Positions 9,128-19,404 are shown, counted from the stretch's first letter. The stretch is 64,000 nucleotides of DNA from Hyphomicrobiales bacterium (GCA_026400535.1 JAPLOU010000052.1:54715-118714), one strand, 5' to 3'. The notes: a model not told the origin generated them from the sequence alone. Program-made: numbers and translations.

Positions 9128-11455
9128 CTAGGCAGGAACCAGCGAAATCCGCTCCAGTGCTGCCGCATCCACGGCCTTCGTCGTGAATGGCATCGGCACA
9201 TAGCCACCCTTTGTCCAGATCGGCGCAAGATCATCGTAATGCCTGCTGCGTGGGTCACCCGATTGGCCTGGCGAATTGATGCAGATCGAACGGTCCGGAT
9301 CAGCCAGGTCGACCACCATGCGGAAGGACGCGCCGGCAATCACGCGAAAGTCGCTGAGCCTGTAGCCCGTGTGCATCGGCGTCGACATCGATCCACCCAT
9401 TGGCCATGGCCCGATATCCCTCAGCCCGGCCGCCTTGGCGCCCGCCACGCTGGCCAGCGGATGCTCGAACAAGCCGTGATGGAGCTTGCCCCAGGCCCAC
9501 GCGGACGGATCAACGCCGAGGCGGTTGGACAGGTCGGTCCAGGCGGCGAGCAGGGTGCTGGCCAGCAACTGGTCGCGCCGGCGCTCTGCCTCGGCGCCAA
9601 AACGCTTGTCCGGAGCCTCAAGCAGGCCGAGCGCGCTTTCCTGATCGATCGGAACCATGATCGCGCGCAGGGCGGGATCATTGACGAGCAGCGCGAGCAG
9701 GCCAGGCTTCAGGTATTTCATCCACCAGACCTCGAACAGCGCGGCGGCGGCGCTGTCCTTGTGAAGGGATCCGTCCCAGTCGGCGAACAGCGCCTGCGCG
9801 GCCGCAACGCCGGCGCTGGCGGGCAGCACCACAACCAGCTTTGCCATGCGGCGCCCCGGGAGCGAAACCACGTCGGTTTGAAGGGCCGCAGCATCTCCCA
9901 CGCCATGCGCTTTCGCCGGCATCAGAACCTCTTCGATGCGGTTGAGCCGTGAACGCTCGACCCATTCGAATCCGAGCGGCTTGCTGGCATGGTCCCAGTC
10001 CGCCGGCAGGTTCATGGCGTTGGCGGTGGCCACCCAGCCGCAAGGCGGGTCGATCGTCAGCGGCATGTCGGCGGCGTCCATGAAGCCGGACCAGCGATGC
10101 TGCCCGTTGGCCGGAACAGGCAGCAATCCGTCATAGCCGGTCCGGATCGGCGCCAGTCCCGCCGGGCGCCAGCCGATATGCCCGGCCGTATCGGCAAAGA
10201 CGTGGTTGGTCGACGGCGTCTTGTTCCGGTGCAGCGAGGCGGCATAACCCGCAACGGTCGTTTCGCGCATGCCCGTCAGCGAGCCGAGATAGGGGGCGGT
10301 GCCTGGCTCCTGCGCCACGGAGCGGAAGGCGAAGGCATGGCTCGGGGTCTCGTGGAAGATGGGCCCGTGGGCGGAGAAGCGCAGCCGCATCGGCTGACCG
10401 GGTTGTCCCTTGACCTTGACCGTCTCGGTGAGGGTGCGGATCGGCCGCCGCCGTCGACCTTCGATGAACACGTCCGGATCATCAGACGCCTTGGCGAGGA
10501 TGACGATGTCTTCCTGGTCGATATAGAAGATCGTTCCGGAATAGGCGAGCGTGCCGTTATGGCCGAAGGAAATGCCCGGCGTGCAGGCTTCGCCCGCACC
10601 GATCACGTCAAGCCCCGGCGCGGTCAGATGCGCGATATAGCGCAGCGAGGGCAGGGCGTGGGCCCGGTGCGGGTCAGATGCCAGGATGGGAGCCCCGGTC
10701 CCGCTCAGTGCAGCGCTGACGGCCCAGTTGTTCGAACCGGCGAATTCCGTGTCGCGAAGGACGTCGCCCAGGTCTGTCACCTTGCGCCACTTGGGCGCGT
10801 CAGCCAGGGGCGCCGCGAGACGCTCCGGCGTGAAGCGCACATCGGTCGTGGCGAGCTTGAGCAGATCGAGTGCAGCCAGCGGCACCGTGGCCGGATCAAA
10901 CCCGTCCGGAACCCGGGGCATAACCGGCGGCTCCAGCGAACGGCGGATCAGGTCGGTCTCGAGATCGGCTCCGGCCAACACGATCGCGCGCAGCATTTCG
11001 GAGATGCCGTTGCGGCTGAGGCTGTGGGTCCGGATGCGCACGACATCGGTCGCCTTCCAGCGCGCGGGCCTGGTGCCCATCACGCCAAACTCGGGCGGCA
11101 GTCGCTCCGGCTCGCGTTTGCACAGCGCGATGTAGGCGTTGATGCCGGCGACGAAAGCCTCGCAGATCGCCCGGTCATCGGGCGCATAGCTGCTCCATTC
11201 GCGGCTCATCGCGCCGCGATACAGCATCAGCCGTGAGGCGCGGTCCTGTTCGATATAGCCCGGGCCGAAATCGGCGGCGAGCAGCCCGAGCCCGCGCTTG
11301 CGCCACAGGTCGATCTGCCAAAGCCGGTCGCGCGCGGCGTTCCAGCCCTGCACCACAAAGGCGTCGAGAAAGGCGCCGGCGCGGATATGCGGGATGCCGT
11401 GTCCGTCAATCAGGATTTCGGCGGGAGCAGAGAGGGCAGGAAGGGTAATGGGCAT
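9128..11455 (-). CDS. penicillin acylase family Ntn-hydrolase
   Basis: ORF 9128-11740. Contains GIPHIRA, WQIDLWRR-like, and the beta-chain nucleophile context FAGSNNWAVS. Start moved to ATG 11455 (MPITLPALSAPAEILIDGHGIPHI) because third-position GC drops upstream and the long form would overlap aspS. Alternative start 11557. Confidence 0.85.
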   Translation of the reverse strand: MPITLPALSAPAEILIDGHGIPHIRAGAFLDAFVVQGWNAARDRLWQIDLWRKRGLGLLAADFGPGYIEQDRASRLMLYRGAMSREWSSYAPDDRAICEAFVAGINAYIALCKREPERLPPEFGVMGTRPARWKATDVVRIRTHSLSRNGISEMLRAIVLAGADLETDLIRRSLEPPVMPRVPDGFDPATVPLAALDLLKLATTDVRFTPERLAAPLADAPKWRKVTDLGDVLRDTEFAGSNNWAVSAALSGTGAPILASDPHRAHALPSLRYIAHLTAPGLDVIGAGEACTPGISFGHNGTLAYSGTIFYIDQEDIVILAKASDDPDVFIEGRRRRPIRTLTETVKVKGQPGQPMRLRFSAHGPIFHETPSHAFAFRSVAQEPGTAPYLGSLTGMRETTVAGYAASLHRNKTPSTNHVFADTAGHIGWRPAGLAPIRTGYDGLLPVPANGQHRWSGFMDAADMPLTIDPPCGWVATANAMNLPADWDHASKPLGFEWVERSRLNRIEEVLMPAKAHGVGDAAALQTDVVSLPGRRMAKLVVVLPASAGVAAAQALFADWDGSLHKDSAAAALFEVWWMKYLKPGLLALLVNDPALRAIMVPIDQESALGLLEAPDKRFGAEAERRRDQLLASTLLAAWTDLSNRLGVDPSAWAWGKLHHGLFEHPLASVAGAKAAGLRDIGPWPMGGSMSTPMHTGYRLSDFRVIAGASFRMVVDLADPDRSICINSPGQSGDPRSRHYDDLAPIWTKGGYVPMPFTTKAVDAAALERISLVPA

Positions 11456-11738
11456 CGGCGGAGTGAAGCTGCTTTGCAGTATGGGCGCAATCACCAAAGC
11501 CGCAAGCCCGTTGCCTGAAATCGTCACATCCGGATCCCGACCCCGGCCATCCTCCATCTGGACCCGCCGAAGGATGAACTCCAGATTGCGGGCCGCTGGA
11601 CGCTCGTCGTGCGATAGCCCTGGGGATGACCGCATCGGGGTTTCGTCATGCGCAACAGCAACCATCCCACCTTGACAATCCACCCCCCAGAGCCGACTGA
11701 CAGCGCTCGCAAAATCAGCCTTGCAGCCGAGAAGACCC

Positions 11739-13511
11739 ATGTCCCTGCACCGTTATCGCTCCCACACCTGCGGCGCCCTGCGCGAAGAGCATGTCGGCGC
11801 ACTTGTCCGAGTCTCCGGCTGGTGCCACCGCATCCGTGACCATGGCGGCGTGCTGTTCATCGATCTGCGCGACCATTACGGCATGCTGCAGTGCGTTGCC
11901 GATCCGGATTCGCCGGCCTTCAAGGCGGTCGAGCAAGTGCGTTCGGAATGGTGCGTGCGCATCGACGGCAAGGTGCGCCGCCGCCCGGAAGGCACGACCA
12001 ATGCCGATCTGCCCACCGGGATGGTCGAGATCTTCATCACCGAGCTCGAAGTGCTGGGCCCCGCGGGCGAGCTGCCCTTGCAGGTCTTTGGCGATCAGCA
12101 ATACCCGGAGGACACGCGGCTGAAGTACCGCTTCCTCGACCTGCGGCGCGAGAAGCTGCACCAGAACATCATGACGCGCGGTGCCATCGTCGACGCCATG
12201 CGCCACCGCATGAAGGGGCAGGGTTTCTTCGAGTTCCAGACCCCGATCCTGACGGCTTCCAGCCCGGAAGGCGCGCGCGACTTCCTCGTGCCAAGCCGCA
12301 TCCATCCGGGCAAGTTCTACGCGCTGCCTCAGGCGCCGCAGCAGTACAAGCAGCTGATCATGATGGCGGGTTTCGACCGCTATTTCCAGATCGCGCCTTG
12401 CTTCCGCGATGAAGACCCACGCGCCGACCGTCTGCCGGGGGAATTCTACCAGCTCGACCTCGAAATGAGTTTTGTCGAGCAGGAAGACGTGTTCGCCGCT
12501 GTCGAGCCGGTCATCACCGGCATCTTCGAGGAATTCGGCGGCGGCAAGCCGGTCACCAGGAACTGGCCACGCATCCCCTATGCGGAGTCGATGGCGAGAT
12601 ACGGGACCGACAAGCCCGACCTGCGCAACCCGCTGGTGATGCAAGACGTATCGGACATCATGCGGAACTCTGGCTTCAAGGTCTTCGCGCGCATTCTCGA
12701 AGAGTCGAAGAACCGCGTCTGGGCCATTCCTGCGCCGGGTGGTGGCAGCCGTGCCTTCTGTGACCGGATGAACTCCTGGGCGCAGGGCGAGGGGCAACCG
12801 GGGCTGGGCTACATCTTCTGGAAGGAAGGGGCGGGCTCCGGTCCGGTGGCCAACAACATTGGCGCCGAAAAGACCGAAGCTGTTCGCGCGCAACTGGGTC
12901 TTGCCGATGGCGACGCCTGTTTCTTTGTCGCCGGAGACCCTGCCAAATTCGTCAAGTTCGCCGGTCTTGCCCGCACCAAGGTCGGGGAAGATTTGAACCT
13001 GATCGACAAGGACCGCTTCGCGCTGGCCTGGATCGTCGACTTTCCGATGTTCGAATACAACGAGGACGAGAAGAAGGTCGATTTCAGTCACAACCCGTTT
13101 TCGATGCCGCAAGGTGGGCTGGAGGCGCTGCAGACGCAGGATCCGGTCACGATCAAGGCCTTCCAGTATGACATCGCCTGCAACGGCTTCGAGATCGCCT
13201 CGGGCGGCATCCGCAACCATCGCCCTGAAGCCATGGTCGAGGCCTTCGAGATCGCCGGCTACGGCGAGAAGGACGTGATCGAGCGCTTTGGCGGGATGTA
13301 CCGCGCCTTCCAGTACGGCGCGCCGCCCCATGGCGGCATGGCGGCGGGTGTCGACCGCATCGTCATGCTGCTGTGCGGCACCGCGAACCTGCGTGAGATC
13401 TCACTGTTCCCGATGAACCAGCAGGCGCTCGACGTGCTGATGGGTGCGCCGTCCGACGTGACGCCCAAGCAGCTACGCGAGCTGCACATTCGGCTCAACA
13501 TGCAGGAGTAA
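11739..13511 (+). CDS. aspS: aspartate--tRNA ligase
   Basis: [15 protein letters not shown]..., [48 protein letters not shown]. Class II AspRS motifs. Start set to ATG 11739. Confidence 0.95.
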   Translation: MSLHRYRSHTCGALREEHVGALVRVSGWCHRIRDHGGVLFIDLRDHYGMLQCVADPDSPAFKAVEQVRSEWCVRIDGKVRRRPEGTTNADLPTGMVEIFITELEVLGPAGELPLQVFGDQQYPEDTRLKYRFLDLRREKLHQNIMTRGAIVDAMRHRMKGQGFFEFQTPILTASSPEGARDFLVPSRIHPGKFYALPQAPQQYKQLIMMAGFDRYFQIAPCFRDEDPRADRLPGEFYQLDLEMSFVEQEDVFAAVEPVITGIFEEFGGGKPVTRNWPRIPYAESMARYGTDKPDLRNPLVMQDVSDIMRNSGFKVFARILEESKNRVWAIPAPGGGSRAFCDRMNSWAQGEGQPGLGYIFWKEGAGSGPVANNIGAEKTEAVRAQLGLADGDACFFVAGDPAKFVKFAGLARTKVGEDLNLIDKDRFALAWIVDFPMFEYNEDEKKVDFSHNPFSMPQGGLEALQTQDPVTIKAFQYDIACNGFEIASGGIRNHRPEAMVEAFEIAGYGEKDVIERFGGMYRAFQYGAPPHGGMAAGVDRIVMLLCGTANLREISLFPMNQQALDVLMGAPSDVTPKQLRELHIRLNMQE

Positions 13512-13531
13512 TCCTGTGTGCGCGCAGTCCG

Positions 13532-13636
13532 GTGTCATCCCCGGCGGTCCGCAGGGCCAGCAAGGGGATCCAGCGGCTGCTTGGCGGCAATGGTCGATCC
13601 CCTTCCCGATGCCTGCGACGCCGCCGGGGATGACAC
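13532..13636. repeat. about 105-nt nested palindromic element (REP/MITE-like or structured RNA) just after aspS
   Basis: Perfect 16-bp inverted repeat GTGTCATCCCCGGCGG (13532-13547) / CCGCCGGGGATGACAC (13621-13636). Nested 6-bp (13550-13555 / 13612-13617) and perfect 9-bp AAGGGGATC (13562-13570) / GATCCCCTT (13596-13604) stems. Confidence 0.8.
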
Positions 13637-13665
13637 GAGACTGCCGCGGCGTGCGGCTGACCTGC

Positions 13666-14016
13666 ATGGTCCTTGCGGGGCTTGCGCTACCGCTCGCGCG
13701 CGCAGCCGGTCAGAAGCACACAGCCTATGGGCCCGGAACGACGCAGTACGCCGCCGCGATGGTCTCGCGCGGCTATGAGTGCGGATTACGTGTCGAGAGC
13801 GGGCGCATGGTCGCGGTCCATCAGGGCGACGAGCGCCGTCGGATGATCGCCGCGAACCAGGATTTCGCCTTGCGCTCCTACAATCTGCCGCGCGCCTGCA
13901 CCGAGGCCGAGCGCGCCGCCGTCGCCTCCGCACTCAGGGCCATGTCCCAGCGTTGGGCTACTCGGCGCGGGCCTGCACGTCGATCTTGTCGAACAGCGCC
14001 TGCGGCGCACCCATGA
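13666..14016 (+). CDS. hypothetical small exported protein (weak call)
   Basis: Part of ORF 13516-14016. MVLAGLALPLARAAGQ... looks like a signal peptide. No domain recognised. The 3' end overlaps the convergent gene by about 58 nt, which lowers confidence. Confidence 0.3.
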   Translation: MVLAGLALPLARAAGQKHTAYGPGTTQYAAAMVSRGYECGLRVESGRMVAVHQGDERRRMIAANQDFALRSYNLPRACTEAERAAVASALRAMSQRWATRRGPARRSCRTAPAAHP

Positions 14017-15757
14017 CCTGCACTGCGTCGGCCACGCCGATGCCGTCAGGTGAGCGCGACCGGATGTCGATCCCGAGCTTGCCGGGCCGCGCCACGAAAC
14101 GCGCGACAGCAGCCGTGATCGCCTTCGCTCCGGCAGAGTCCCCCAGAATGGCCGGAAGGCCGACCGCAGCGATGGTGCCCCATTCGCGACGGAGCGCCTC
14201 GGGCGTCTTGTTCGCCTTGCCGGCCTCTCGGGCGACGATCTTCTCGATACCGCCGAAGTTCTCGAACGTCATGGTCAGGCGCTGGGCCGTCGCTGACAGC
14301 CAGGCCACCTGCGCCAGGGCCGTGTCGGCCGAGAACGCGTCCTTGCTGACATTGCCGAGCTGGCCGGCAAAGGCCACGGCTGCCATGTCCTTGCCCGAGA
14401 AGTTCAGCGCCTTGATGGTGAGCTGCTCCTTATCCTGCTGCCAGGCAAGGTCTGCCAGCCAGGACAGGTTTACCGCCTTGTATCCCATGGCGATGAGGTC
14501 GCGCACGGCGCTCTCGCGCGATGAAGCCGGCAGCGGCGCGGCGAACTCCTCGGCCCCGAAGCGGAAGGCAGTGGGGATGCCGTCGACCTGCTGGCCGAAG
14601 CCAAGCTCCATGGTTTTGACCGAGGCGCGGATCACGTCGGGCGGTCCCTGGCGGCGTCGGCCGCTGGTGTCGGGCGCCTCGAGACTGAGGCCCTTGAGGC
14701 GGATCGTGCCGAGCCTGGGAATGAGCTTTGTGTACTCGGTCTTGAGTGCGGCCATGTCGCCGCGCTCAAGCATAGTGGCGAGGGCTCGAAGGCTGTCGCG
14801 GTAGCTGAAATCGCGCATCTCGAACTCAGCCAGCGACATCTTTGCCGGACCGGCATCGACGCTCAGATCGCTGATTGCAAGGCCGCCATGCTGCGGCTGA
14901 TCGCTGAAGCGCATGCGGGCGATCGTGAAGGTGGTGGAGTCCTTTCCGGTCTTGACGCTGCCCTTGAAGCCTTCCGCATCGATCACGCCGTATTCGAAGT
15001 TGTCGAAGAAGCCGAACACGCGCGACATCATCACCATGTCCGCGGGCGACGGCTCGCTCTTCACGCCACCTTGGGCCGTCTGCTTCTCGGCCATGGCCAT
15101 GACATTGCGCATCGCATCCAGCAAGGGCTCCTTGCCGGGCCTCGCCTTGGCCTCGCGGCCCGTGACGCGCGCCACGCTGACCTGGCCGGCGCCAAGAGGC
15201 AGATCCATCACATAGTCGCGGTAGCTCATGGTGCGATACAGCGGTGCCAGCGGCACGGCCTGCGGAACAGGGACCGAGCCGGTGAGGGCCCGCGCCGACA
15301 GCGGTATGTCCACGCCCTCCGCCACCATCTCGCCGATCCGAAACTGCACCGCCCCTGCGGCCTTGTCGCTCATGTCGCCGCTGAGCCCCGCAGCCCGGAT
15401 GCGGCTGATCACGCCCGCGGTGATCGTGTCCATGGTGATGTCGCGGTACACGATCTTCTGCTTCGCCCCACCGATGTCCTGCTCCATGATCAGTTCGGGA
15501 ATGCTGGCCGATGCCGCCTGCAACCGGGAAACGCGCGACACTGCGTCGCCCGGCCCTGTGCCGTCGAGGATGCCGCGCAATTGCGCTTCGCTGAGATCCG
15601 TGCCGCGCACCTCCAGCTTCGGAATTGTGATGCTGATAACGCCAAAGTCGTAGCGCAGGCTCGACAGGCTGATGTCCGCAGCGCGGGCCGGAACCAGCGC
15701 CAGGCCTAGCGCAGCCGCGACGGCGAGAATCATCGCGAGATAGAATGTCCGCTTCAC
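13958..15757 (-). CDS. conserved-looking hypothetical exported protein
   Basis: ORF 13958-15877. Start moved to GTG 15757 (AAGGGGG RBS 6 nt upstream), giving VKRTFYLAMILAVAAALGLALVPARA as signal peptide. No recognisable domain. Confidence 0.6.
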   Translation of the reverse strand: MKRTFYLAMILAVAAALGLALVPARAADISLSSLRYDFGVISITIPKLEVRGTDLSEAQLRGILDGTGPGDAVSRVSRLQAASASIPELIMEQDIGGAKQKIVYRDITMDTITAGVISRIRAAGLSGDMSDKAAGAVQFRIGEMVAEGVDIPLSARALTGSVPVPQAVPLAPLYRTMSYRDYVMDLPLGAGQVSVARVTGREAKARPGKEPLLDAMRNVMAMAEKQTAQGGVKSEPSPADMVMMSRVFGFFDNFEYGVIDAEGFKGSVKTGKDSTTFTIARMRFSDQPQHGGLAISDLSVDAGPAKMSLAEFEMRDFSYRDSLRALATMLERGDMAALKTEYTKLIPRLGTIRLKGLSLEAPDTSGRRRQGPPDVIRASVKTMELGFGQQVDGIPTAFRFGAEEFAAPLPASSRESAVRDLIAMGYKAVNLSWLADLAWQQDKEQLTIKALNFSGKDMAAVAFAGQLGNVSKDAFSADTALAQVAWLSATAQRLTMTFENFGGIEKIVAREAGKANKTPEALRREWGTIAAVGLPAILGDSAGAKAITAAVARFVARPGKLGIDIRSRSPDGIGVADAVQVMGAPQALFDKIDVQARAE

Positions 15758-15868
15758 GGTGAGCCCCCTTGCAATCAACCGGTCAAAACCCAAGACAGCC
15801 GCGAAATGTTGCGGATTTGAGGCTGGCGGTTGATTGCCAGCACCTGACCCAGCGTTTATGCGACCTGA

Positions 15869-16744
15869 ATGTTCCAAGCTTCAGATGTAACGGCCATTGT
15901 CGTCGCGTACAACAGCGCAGCCGTTCTGCCTGCCTGTCTGAAGGCGCTTCGCGCAGAGGGCGCGCCGGTCGTCGTGGTCGACAATGCCAGCACGGATGCG
16001 AGCGCGGCCTGCGCCGAGGCTGAGGGCGCCACGGTCATCCGGTCGCTGCGCAATGAGGGCTATGGCCGCGGCAACGGGCTTGGCGTCGCGGCGGCAACAA
16101 CCCGGTTTGTACTGGTCTGCAATCCTGATCTGGTCGTCTCGCCGGGCGCGCTCGCGAACCTGCTGGCGGCGATGGCGATGTATCCGCAAGCGGGGCTGGC
16201 CGCGCCGCTGATCATCGAGCCGGACGGACGCATCTTCGTGCAGCCACGCTCGCTTCTGTCGCCGGATCACCTCAATCAGGCCGCGCGCATTCTGGTTCCG
16301 GACGGGCCTGCCTCGATCCCGTTCGTGTCGGGGGCCTGTTTGCTGATCGAGCGCTCGCTGTTCGACGCCATCGGCGGCTTCGATCCGAACATCTTTCTCT
16401 ATTACGAGGATGACGACCTGTGCCGCCGCCTGATGGACATGGGACGAGCCCCGCTGCTGGTTCCCGGAGCACGCGTGTCGCATGCTCGGGGCACGTCGAT
16501 CGCCCCGGCAGCGGGTCGCGGCTTCAAGTTGCGCTGGCACTTCGCCTGGTCGCGGCACTACATTGGCCGGAAATATGGCCTGCCGGCCGAACCAGCCTGG
16601 AAAGCAGGCTGGACCATGTTGCGCGCGGTGCTCAACGCGATGATCTTCAATGCTCAGGGCTATGAGCGCTATGCTGGCTCCGCCGCGGGCAGTCTTGCCT
16701 TCCGCCGCGGCGAGACCGCCCTGGCGAGGGAAGGGCTTTCATGA
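15869..16744 (+). CDS. family 2 glycosyltransferase
   Basis: VTAIVVAYNSAAVLPACL...VVVDNASTD, RNEGYGRGNG, FVSGACLLIERSLFDAIGGFDPNIFLYYEDDDLCRRL. GT-A/GT2 (rhamnosyltransferase-like) signature. Confidence 0.85.
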   Translation: MFQASDVTAIVVAYNSAAVLPACLKALRAEGAPVVVVDNASTDASAACAEAEGATVIRSLRNEGYGRGNGLGVAAATTRFVLVCNPDLVVSPGALANLLAAMAMYPQAGLAAPLIIEPDGRIFVQPRSLLSPDHLNQAARILVPDGPASIPFVSGACLLIERSLFDAIGGFDPNIFLYYEDDDLCRRLMDMGRAPLLVPGARVSHARGTSIAPAAGRGFKLRWHFAWSRHYIGRKYGLPAEPAWKAGWTMLRAVLNAMIFNAQGYERYAGSAAGSLAFRRGETALAREGLS

Positions 16745-17376
16745 GCGCCGTGCTCGACTGGCTCGACCGCTGGCGCAAGCGCCTGAAGAGTCGTGCAAAC
16801 CCGCACAACCTTGTCCGCCTCAACCATGAGCGCGACGCCAGGCACCATGGCGACAGCTATGGCGATCATTCGTATGGACGCTTTGTCATCCGCCGCTGGG
16901 GCGACGGCACGCGCCTCAGCGTCGGGCGCTTCTGCTCAGTCGCAAACGATGTCACCGTGTTTCTGGGCGGCAACCACCGCATCGACTGGGCCAGCACCTA
17001 TCCGTTCTCCGATTTTGCCGAGCGCTGGCCGGCGGCGGCAGGCCACCCCTCGACGCTCACCAGCCGGGGCGATGTTGTGATCGGATCCGATGTCTGGATC
17101 GGCGCCGGCGCCACGATCATGTCGGGCGTCACCATTGGACACGGCGCTGTCATCGGCGCACGCGCGGTCGTGACACGTTCGGTTCCGGACTATGCCGTCG
17201 TTGCCGGCAACCCGGCCTGCCTGGTCAAACTGCGATTTCCGCCAGACCAGATCGCGCGTCTGTTGGCGACGACATGGTGGGACAGGCCGGATCGAGACAT
17301 CGACGCGATCGCGACCCAGCTGCAGTCGGGCGACATCGAGGCGCTGCTGGCGCGGCTCGAGGCAGCGGGCGGCTGA
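16741..17376 (+). CDS. CatB-related (XAT family) hexapeptide-repeat O-acetyltransferase
   Basis: ATGA overlap with the GT2 stop. FLGGNHRIDWASTYPF and hexapeptide run IGSDVWIGAGATIMSGVTIGHGAVIGARAVV. Confidence 0.85.
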   Translation: MSAVLDWLDRWRKRLKSRANPHNLVRLNHERDARHHGDSYGDHSYGRFVIRRWGDGTRLSVGRFCSVANDVTVFLGGNHRIDWASTYPFSDFAERWPAAAGHPSTLTSRGDVVIGSDVWIGAGATIMSGVTIGHGAVIGARAVVTRSVPDYAVVAGNPACLVKLRFPPDQIARLLATTWWDRPDRDIDAIATQLQSGDIEALLARLEAAGG

Positions 17377-17392
17377 CCGGCCGTTCCCGCCG

Positions 17393-18199
17393 TCAATCCT
17401 GGCGGATGTCGCTGGCGGGCTGCGACAGCATCTTGCGGATGGCGCGCAGGCTGCGGCCGACCTGGCTGGCCTTGTGCGCAAGCTCGCTCTTCGCGGCAAG
17501 CAGCCTGTCTTCTTCCTGCTGCATCATCGGCATCGGTGAACAGATCGCCAGCGGGCTCTCGACAAGAGGAGCCGTGGACCTGGAGAGATCGAAGGGCTGC
17601 ACGAGGTGGGCCGACTTGAGGAGCACCACCTTGGCGCGGGCGCGGGCCTCGCGGGCTTCGTCGCGCAGGGGGCGCTGCAGCACGATGGCGGCATCGCGCC
17701 ACATGTCGCCCTTGCCGTAAACCGGACGCCATTGCACGCGTGCGTCCAGGACGTCGAGATCGGACCATTTCGCCAGTGCCGGCATGCCATCGTCGTAAAA
17801 GCGCCAGCAATCCACCGGATAGCGGTGCAATGGTCCTGAGCCGGGCGCCACGATGAAGGCCAGCCCGCCGGGCTTCAGCACGCGGCCGATCTCGAGGATC
17901 GTGATCCAGAAGAACTCCGTGTGTTCGAAAACCTGGCTGCAGGTGACGAGGTCGAATGACGCATCGGCCACCTCGCGCCAGTCATAGGGCTCGGCCACCA
18001 CGAGATCGACATTGGGGCCCGCCTCGATGTCGAGGCCGACATAGCGCCAGTGTTCGTTGGCGAACGCCTCACGGTTGGAGGCATGACCACCCGCCACCAC
18101 AGCCGAGCCGATATCGAGCACCGACAACGCCGTGCTCTCGAACGGGGCGAGCATGCGTGTGCGGAAAAGTTGAGCCTTGCGGAATGCGGACTGATGCAT
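17393..18199 (-). CDS. class I SAM-dependent methyltransferase
   Basis: 268 aa. VLDIGSA..., FDLVTCSQVFEHTEFFW, VLKPGGLAFIVAP (Methyltransf_11-like). Confidence 0.8.
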   Translation of the reverse strand: MHQSAFRKAQLFRTRMLAPFESTALSVLDIGSAVVAGGHASNREAFANEHWRYVGLDIEAGPNVDLVVAEPYDWREVADASFDLVTCSQVFEHTEFFWITILEIGRVLKPGGLAFIVAPGSGPLHRYPVDCWRFYDDGMPALAKWSDLDVLDARVQWRPVYGKGDMWRDAAIVLQRPLRDEAREARARAKVVLLKSAHLVQPFDLSRSTAPLVESPLAICSPMPMMQQEEDRLLAAKSELAHKASQVGRSLRAIRKMLSQPASDIRQD

Positions 18200-18274
18200 T
18201 GTGGTGACGCCGACCGTTCGTGCATGACAAGGATGTTTGAAACGGTCGTTTGATTGAACATCAGAAGCACGTCA

Positions 18275-18922
18275 ATGAACAATTCCTATTTCGATACGGC
18301 CCGCACCGAGATCATGCCGCATCTTCCCGCGAAGATGGCGCGGATCCTCGACCTCGGCTGCGGCACTGGCGCGACAACGGGTGCCGTTCGCAAGGCGCGG
18401 GCTGTGGCCTGGGCGGGCGGCGTCGAATACATGCCGGACGTCGCGGCAAGGGCGACCGGCAACTTCGAAAGGCTCTGGGTAGGGGACGCGGCTGCGGCCG
18501 ATCTGGAGGCCGAGATCGCGCCGGGTTCGCTTGATCTGGCGCTGTGCCTCGACGTGCTGGAGCACATGGTCGATCCGTGGACGATGGTGAAGCGGCTCAC
18601 GGCGCTGCTCGCTCCCGGCGGGCGCCTGATCGTCTCGGTTCCCAACGTCCGCAACTACCGCTTCATCATCGGCCTGATCACCAGGGGCGATTTCCGCTAT
18701 CGCGACTTCGGCCTTCTTGACCGGACGCATCTGCGGTTTTTCGTGAAGGACACGGCGGCCGAGCTTGCCACCTGCGGCGGCCTGACGCTGGTAAGCGCCG
18801 CCTCGATCCAGACGTTCAAGCCCCACGAGCCGCGCGGCATCCTGAACGCGCTCACCTTCGGCCGTCTGGAAGGGTTTCTCGCCAAGCAATGGCTGATCGT
18901 GGCGGAGAAGCCGCCCGTCTGA
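18275..18922 (+). CDS. class I SAM-dependent methyltransferase
   Basis: ILDLGCGTGATTG, LDLALCLDVLEHMVDPW, LLAPGGRLIVSVPN. The track start 18254 is TTG; first ATG is 18275. Confidence 0.8.
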   Translation: MNNSYFDTARTEIMPHLPAKMARILDLGCGTGATTGAVRKARAVAWAGGVEYMPDVAARATGNFERLWVGDAAAADLEAEIAPGSLDLALCLDVLEHMVDPWTMVKRLTALLAPGGRLIVSVPNVRNYRFIIGLITRGDFRYRDFGLLDRTHLRFFVKDTAAELATCGGLTLVSAASIQTFKPHEPRGILNALTFGRLEGFLAKQWLIVAEKPPV

Positions 18923-18924
18923 AG

Positions 18925-19266
18925 CTACAGTGCGAACGAAGTTCCGCAGCCACATGAGGAGGTTGCATTCGGGTTGGTGATCTTGAACGATTGCCCGATC
19001 AGGTCATCGACGAAATCGATGGTGGACTGTTCCAGGAACTGCAGCGAGGTCTCGTCGATCAGCACCGCGGCGGAACCCTGCGCGAGCCGGACGTCGTCGG
19101 CGTTCTGAGCGGTATCCATCTCGAAGACATACTGGAAGCCTGAGCAGCCGCCGCCCTTGACGGCCACCCGCAACATCGTACCCGAGGGTTCCAGCGCCAG
19201 CACGTCGGCGATCCGTCGAAAAGCGCGGTCGGTCACGGTCAAGGGGGGGGCAGCGGTTACGGTCAA
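18925..19266 (-). CDS. erpA: HesB/IscA/ErpA-type iron-sulfur cluster insertion protein
   Basis: [21 protein letters not shown]...[14 protein letters not shown]. Start codon uncertain (TTG 19266 or the downstream TTG/GTG). Confidence 0.85.
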   Translation of the reverse strand: MTVTAAPPLTVTDRAFRRIADVLALEPSGTMLRVAVKGGGCSGFQYVFEMDTAQNADDVRLAQGSAAVLIDETSLQFLEQSTIDFVDDLIGQSFKITNPNATSSCGCGTSFAL

Positions 19267-19404
19267 GCTTCAGGCTCCGGTTTTTCGCCCCACGGGCCAG
19301 TGATCGGCGAAGATCATCTTGTCGCGAGACGCGCTGTAGAGGTAAGACCCATGGGCCGCCAGTTCAAGCGGCATCGCAACCGGTTTCCCGGAGGTCCGAG
19401 CCAG

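Noticed and set aside
8015-9952. 645-aa ORF on the + strand spanning the Kelch and acylase loci
   Set aside because: It runs antisense to two genes that have clear family motifs, and its Arg/Ala/Gly-rich product has no recognisable motif. This is typical high-GC shadow ORF behaviour.
11715-13331. 538-aa ORF antisense to aspS
   Set aside because: aspS on the + strand has unambiguous class II synthetase motifs. The antisense product is low-complexity (R/A/G/D-rich) with no motif.
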